From an uncultured cyanobacterium (GTDB lineage: Bacteria; Cyanobacteriota; Cyanobacteriia; PCC-9006; JAAUQQ01), in contig OY970368.1 of the NCBI GenBank assembly GCA_963718615.1, positions 5,312,001-5,376,000 on the forward strand: DNA of 64,000 bases, written 5' to 3'. Positions 59,101 through 64,000 of the stretch are shown here, piece by piece. The notes beneath the pieces were generated by a model, which worked only from the letters and a program-made list of their open reading frames with translations, was not told the origin of the DNA and did no database searches. Numbering within the stretch: the first letter of the stretch is position 1; every line of letters begins with the position of its first letter. Both the position numbers and the translations under genes were made by a program.

Positions 59101-60339
59101 ATGGTTTTAACCATGACTGAACCAGCGGATGCGATCGCCTATTTCCTGTCGCCTGAGGCCGTGCGCGATCGCTGCTTGTTTCTCTATCAACTGGCCCAAG
59201 AAGATCAGCTTCAGCATTTCAAACTTCACGAAGATCGCCTTGAGATCGCGGTAGAAAAGGTCCTAGCCATCACCCGCCACAATTACCCAGATCTCAACGT
59301 GCCCCTCCACGCCCGCTGGCGACATTTTGAGGTGGGTGGCATGAACCGCATTGCCCAGCTTCAAGCCCAGCTCAACGGCCTTGCTCCCCAGGACCAAGCC
59401 AAAGCTCATATCGACTTGGTTTTAGTCAGCGTACTCTTGGATGCGGGGGCGGGGGCACAGTGGCAGTATGGTGACGCAGCTACGGGAGAGTGGTTTGGGC
59501 GATCGGAGGGATTGGCGATCGCCAGTTACGATCTCTTCTGTTCTGGCCTCTTTTCCAGCAATCCCCAGAATCCCTACCAAGTTGATGCCCAGGGATTACT
59601 CAGACTGACGGTGGAGTCCTTGGCCGCAGGGATGCAGGTTCATGCAGGGAATCCGATGGTCGGTCTCGAAGGGCGGGTTCAGTTGCTCCGGCAGCTCGGT
59701 CAGGTCATTTCCACTTGGGTGCAGGGGCTAGCACAACCGGCACGACCGGGAGATTTATTCGATTTTCTACAGTTGCAGAGCCATCGAGGGGAGCTCCAAG
59801 CACGGCAGTTACTGATTACGATTCTGCGAAAATTGGGTCAGATTTGGCCGGGGCGATCGCAGATTTTGCAACAGAATCTAGGGGATACTTGGCCCCATTC
59901 TGCCCTGACTGCTCTAGATCCAACCTATCCCTATGTACCCTTTCACAAGCTTTCCCAATGGCTGAGCTATTCCCTGGTTGAACCGTTGGCCTTGGCGGGG
60001 TTAAAAGTTGTCAATCTCGATCAATTGACGGGACTAGCTGAATATCGTAATGGGGGACTTTTTATCGACACAGGCGTCTTAGAGCTGAGAGATCCGATGG
60101 AGTTAGAAAAGACCCATGCGCCGAGTAGTGAACTGATTGTCGAATGGCGATCGCTCACGGTTATTCTCCTCGATCGTTTAGCCCAACAACTGCGTCAAAA
60201 ACTCCAGAAAACTTCAGCAACGCTAACCCTAGGCAGTATCCTTCAGGGAGGTACTTGGAGTGCTGGCCGCGCCTTAGCTCAACACCGACCAGGGAGCATA
60301 CCACCTCTCAGCTTAGCCAGTGATGGGACCGTGTTTTGA
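59101..60339 (+). CDS. URC4/Urg3 (DUF1688) family protein
   Basis: H.RWRHF, SVLLDAGAG, RSEGLAIAS, PFHKLSQWL, TGLAEYRNGG and C-terminal SDGTVF motifs. Confidence 0.92.
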   Translation: MVLTMTEPADAIAYFLSPEAVRDRCLFLYQLAQEDQLQHFKLHEDRLEIAVEKVLAITRHNYPDLNVPLHARWRHFEVGGMNRIAQLQAQLNGLAPQDQAKAHIDLVLVSVLLDAGAGAQWQYGDAATGEWFGRSEGLAIASYDLFCSGLFSSNPQNPYQVDAQGLLRLTVESLAAGMQVHAGNPMVGLEGRVQLLRQLGQVISTWVQGLAQPARPGDLFDFLQLQSHRGELQARQLLITILRKLGQIWPGRSQILQQNLGDTWPHSALTALDPTYPYVPFHKLSQWLSYSLVEPLALAGLKVVNLDQLTGLAEYRNGGLFIDTGVLELRDPMELEKTHAPSSELIVEWRSLTVILLDRLAQQLRQKLQKTSATLTLGSILQGGTWSAGRALAQHRPGSIPPLSLASDGTVF

Positions 60340-60399
60340 ACGCTGCCCATTTTACATGCTTCCCAAGTCTTTCCTCCCAAGTCTCCTTTCAAAACCCAT

Positions 60400-62340
60400 T
60401 CATTCGACTAATTTAGCATTTTCGCTAAATTCCGGTTGATCTAAAGAATGGCACTCTCCTTGAACTGGACTATGATATTGCGGCGTATGATATTGCGGCG
60501 ATTGAAGAGATGGAACTTGAGGGGAGGGTGAAGATAAGGGCTGTAGTGTTGTCTCCGGATTAATAGGAGGTTGTGAGGATTGAATGGTTTGATTGGGCTG
60601 GGTAGATTGAGTAGCTTGAGTAGATTGAGGAGATGCCGAAGTTTTAGGATTGGAAGGCTTAGGTGGTTTAGGCGATTTGGACGATTTAGCCAAATCATTG
60701 GTCTTAGGACCGGATTTCTGCTCTCGCCAGGGAAAGCGCTCCAAAGCCTTCTGCTTGAGTATACTGTAATGATCTTCATCACTAATTTCCAAAACTTTCG
60801 CAAAGTTTTGCATCATCAAATCGGCTAAATATCCCTGGGATGGTTTCTGGCTCAACTCTTGGAGAAGACTTTGATAGGTTTGTTCCCGCTTCTGTTTGGT
60901 AAACTCAGGCAGAACCTTAGCCAAAATGTAGATCTCATAGGGATTAAGCTCCGCAAGATCTCGACCTTCTGTATATTCAGTTAATTGAGGATAGAGTCGT
61001 TTGAGTTGTTGCTGTAAACGGTTAGCAACACTTTCCCGGAGATAGAGACCGGGCGATCTAAACCAGGCTCGATATAGCCAGATCGCACTCACTAAAGAAA
61101 TCAGGGACTGATACGCCAACTGAGCAGGATAGGGAAATTGCATAATCCAACCCCGCCCTCCAAAGATAAAGAAGAAGTTGAAAATTAGAAAAGTACAAAA
61201 GGTAAAAATTCGATGCTGAATTACCTTAGGAGAGATATTGGGAGAATAACGGTATTTAGTTTTTCGATACCATCGTTCAAACCCTAGGCCAGCTCGCCAG
61301 CCCAAGAGCGTTGTCGTACCTAAAACCATTGGAACTGCGAACAGTTTTGGGATCGGGATAGCATAGCCAAAGCAATAGAGACCCGATTCCAAAAGTTCCT
61401 TAAGATCAGCCTGATGGCGAATCCAGGCACTAGAGAAGAAAAAGTTCCAGTTTCCTGATTCAATAAAATAGTAACTAAAGAAGCCAATGACTAAACCAAA
61501 ATAGCCATAGCGCAAAAACTTTTCGGAATTTTGATCGATCAATTCCCAATAATTTCTTTCAGCATCGATATCCATGCAGACACTCTGGCAAGCCACACAG
61601 GCACTTTTTTCCTTGCCATCTTCTGTAGTCGTTCGACACATCGATTGACTCACCGAACCACTTTGGCTCGCATGGCGAGTCATTAGCCCAATAGGCTGAC
61701 TATAAATTCTCTGAACTGGAGCCATTGGGCAAATGTATTGACACCAGCTTTTACCACTATAGGCATAGCCGACGCACAGTGCAGCCACAATCGTTAAAAT
61801 CAGCCAACTTCCTAGGGCAATACGATGAGAATCAATTAGCCATAATCTAGCACAGAGCCCCAAAAACAAAAGACCAAACTGTAAATAGGTATAGTTTCGA
61901 CCTAGCCAAGACTCTGGCGAAACACTAGCCAAAACCTCTTTTGTTTTACCTGTTTTGGGATTAACGGTGGTAATCTTGCGTTGTCGATCTAAAGCCCTTG
62001 GAAGTTGAGAGATAAAGGAAAGTGGACAAATTCGACGCCAAAATTCATGGCCAAAGACTAACAAAATAAAAATTGAAGCTGGAACAATAGTTCCCCAAAA
62101 CAAAGTTGGTCCCAAAGAATAACTAACAATTTTTAAACATTCATCCTGAAACGGTACGCAATCGCTAGACCGGATTCGAAATGGAGGGACGCCACCCTTT
62201 TGTTGCGTAATAAAAGGAGAAATAGGATCGTAAAACAGTAATATAATCAGGCTCAGCCAGCCAACCAAAACAATCCATCGAAGTCGATGCATGCGGGTCT
62301 CTGAGATCCCGTTGAGTTGATGTGCTAATTTATTGAGCAT
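60400..62340 (-). CDS. Polytopic membrane protein with 4Fe-4S-type cysteine motifs
   Basis: WRRICPL, WCQYICPMAP and CVACQSVC motifs; Pro/Ser/Gln-rich tail. Confidence 0.82.
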   Translation of the reverse strand: MLNKLAHQLNGISETRMHRLRWIVLVGWLSLIILLFYDPISPFITQQKGGVPPFRIRSSDCVPFQDECLKIVSYSLGPTLFWGTIVPASIFILLVFGHEFWRRICPLSFISQLPRALDRQRKITTVNPKTGKTKEVLASVSPESWLGRNYTYLQFGLLFLGLCARLWLIDSHRIALGSWLILTIVAALCVGYAYSGKSWCQYICPMAPVQRIYSQPIGLMTRHASQSGSVSQSMCRTTTEDGKEKSACVACQSVCMDIDAERNYWELIDQNSEKFLRYGYFGLVIGFFSYYFIESGNWNFFFSSAWIRHQADLKELLESGLYCFGYAIPIPKLFAVPMVLGTTTLLGWRAGLGFERWYRKTKYRYSPNISPKVIQHRIFTFCTFLIFNFFFIFGGRGWIMQFPYPAQLAYQSLISLVSAIWLYRAWFRSPGLYLRESVANRLQQQLKRLYPQLTEYTEGRDLAELNPYEIYILAKVLPEFTKQKREQTYQSLLQELSQKPSQGYLADLMMQNFAKVLEISDEDHYSILKQKALERFPWREQKSGPKTNDLAKSSKSPKPPKPSNPKTSASPQSTQATQSTQPNQTIQSSQPPINPETTLQPLSSPSPQVPSLQSPQYHTPQYHSPVQGECHSLDQPEFSENAKLVE

Positions 62341-62374
62341 GGGTAGTAAATCAAGAATCCAAGTTATGAAAAAC

Positions 62375-64000
62375 TCATTCGCATTGCCGTAGAGCTAGAG
62401 TTGAACTAGAACTCGAAATGGAATACCGTAATTTGTACCAAAGCAACAGAGCTGATTTTGCTGCATCAGCGGCAGAAGAGAAGCGATCTTGGGGAAAAGG
62501 CGACATCATTTGATGAAAAAACTCACCCAAGTCAGAATCTGGGGAGGATAAGATCTCCTGCCAAAGCACCAAGCCACTGTCGAGATCAAGGGGAAGTTTG
62601 TCGGGCGATCGCCCCGTAATCGCCTGAAGTAAAATCACGCCAATTCCATATAAATCGCTCTGAAGGCTAGATTCTCCTTGGCGAGTTTCTGGAGCTTGGA
62701 ATGGCGAAGGTAGCAATTTTAATCCAAGAGCATCATGACCACAACGCTTTAGATTGAGAAGAATCCGTTGTCGAACCCCCCAATTGATCAGCATAAACTT
62801 CTGATCCTTAGAACGCTGCAAAAAATGACAAGGTTGGACATCTGTATGGGCAATTCCATTACGATGCAAAGGCACTAGCAAGCGTAATAATGTTTCAGAA
62901 AGTTTGAGTGCATCTAGCAAATTATAGGGTTCAGATCTCGCCACAAGCTCATGGGCTAGCGATAAGCCAGGAATCCATTCTCGCACACAGTAAATGTTTT
63001 GATTTGATTCAAAGGCATCTATCAAAGCCGCCGACTGATCCCCTTGGGTCAAGGGTCCTATTTGTGAGAGTTCAGCCGTCAGTGCATCCTGAATGGTCCT
63101 GCGATCTAGTTCCTGATGAATTAAATTATGCAGCGTTAGGCATTCTAAAACACGTTTGGGTTGGCCTAATGCCTGTAAGTCTTCAACTAATAAGGTTAGG
63201 CTTAAAGCATCCTTCGATAGTTCTCGGATCACTTTATAGCGGCTTTCTAACTCTGGATTATTTAAAGCACTCGGTAATTCAGCAACATCAACTGATAACA
63301 AAGAAACGCGAGTTGAAGGCTCTTCTGGCACAATTGCAGTGAATGATAACGCTTCAGTAGGCGTTTGGGTTAGCGCGAGTTGAGATTGGATTCGGGCGAT
63401 CGCGATCGGAAAATCAATCGGTTTTGTAATATAATCATTTGCCCCGAGCTGAAACGCTCTAACCACATCCTCACTTTCGGCCTTAGCCGTTGCCATAATC
63501 ACGGGCAACTGGCGAGCCGAATACTGTTTACGAATGTGAGAAAGGGTCTCAATACCATCCATATCTGGCATCATAATATCTAACAAAACCAGAGCGATTT
63601 TAGAGTCTTGCGCCAAGATCTCAAGGGCCTGAATCCCACCTCCAGCAGACAAGACCTGATAACCCTGTCGTTCTAAACGACGCCCTAACATATCTCGATT
63701 TTCTAAATTGTCATCGACGAGCAGAATACAAGTATTTCTCCCCTCTGGGAACTCTGACAAGATAGAATCATCTAATACTTTCCAACTCAATGGGTTCGCT
63801 TCTCTCGCTTTTTCAGATGACTTTAGAGGGGGTGGCGGCGGGGGCGGTTGTAAAGACTGTTTTTTGAACGTTTGAGTAATCGACTTTTCCAGATCATCTA
63901 TAGAAATATCAGCAATATTCTGAGTAAGAGATTGAGCTTTTGTAACTTCTCCTAAAAGCTGCGTCATTTTTTGAACTAAGCGAGAGAGTTCGATTGGCTT
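62375..64000 (-). CDS. Receiver-domain protein with a degenerate Ser/Thr kinase domain; runs off the right edge
   Basis: The frame is open to 64000 (KPIELSRLVQKMTQLL, the end of an upstream receiver domain). Second receiver has LVDD, LLDIMMP and KP; kinase-like part has HTDVQP, INWG, APE and DLYGIG. Confidence 0.85.
   Translation of the reverse strand, partial: KPIELSRLVQKMTQLLGEVTKAQSLTQNIADISIDDLEKSITQTFKKQSLQPPPPPPPLKSSEKAREANPLSWKVLDDSILSEFPEGRNTCILLVDDNLENRDMLGRRLERQGYQVLSAGGGIQALEILAQDSKIALVLLDIMMPDMDGIETLSHIRKQYSARQLPVIMATAKAESEDVVRAFQLGANDYITKPIDFPIAIARIQSQLALTQTPTEALSFTAIVPEEPSTRVSLLSVDVAELPSALNNPELESRYKVIRELSKDALSLTLLVEDLQALGQPKRVLECLTLHNLIHQELDRRTIQDALTAELSQIGPLTQGDQSAALIDAFESNQNIYCVREWIPGLSLAHELVARSEPYNLLDALKLSETLLRLLVPLHRNGIAHTDVQPCHFLQRSKDQKFMLINWGVRQRILLNLKRCGHDALGLKLLPSPFQAPETRQGESSLQSDLYGIGVILLQAITGRSPDKLPLDLDSGLVLWQEILSSPDSDLGEFFHQMMSPFPQDRFSSAADAAKSALLLWYKLRYSISSSSSTLALRQCE

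Overview
Cyanobacterial chromosomal DNA: the HIP1 octamer GCGATCGC occurs roughly 80-90 times by eye count. Mostly housekeeping and signalling genes: a PatA-CheY-CheW-MCP taxis cluster, ureD/A/B/C, moaC, tRNA-Arg(ACG), metX/metY, a BicA-like SulP transporter, rlmH, neopullulanase, menH, mgtE, a PerR/peroxiredoxin pair, adenylate cyclase, and URC1/URC4-like genes. There are two accessory hot spots. (1) The ureB-ureC gap (13.1-18.1 kb) holds a 259-bp MITE, a kinase-TPR gene, a HigA relic, a perfect 70-bp duplicate of the ureC 5' end followed by a ureB-like scrap, a nonsense-truncated papain-fold toxin with an intact partner, and an IS3. (2) A 22.8-35.2 kb block holds a stand-alone kinase-phosphatase-Rnl1-type RNA-repair enzyme, a decaying array of small-protein + HNH nuclease pairs joined by repeated linkers (one HNH split by IS21), and a chimeric CHAP protein. 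A 24-nt element that sits inside HIP1 sites occurs in the array linkers and in frame within the RNA-repair gene. No CRISPR array, rRNA, integrase or reverse transcriptase was seen. All family calls come from motif recognition by eye, not from database searches.
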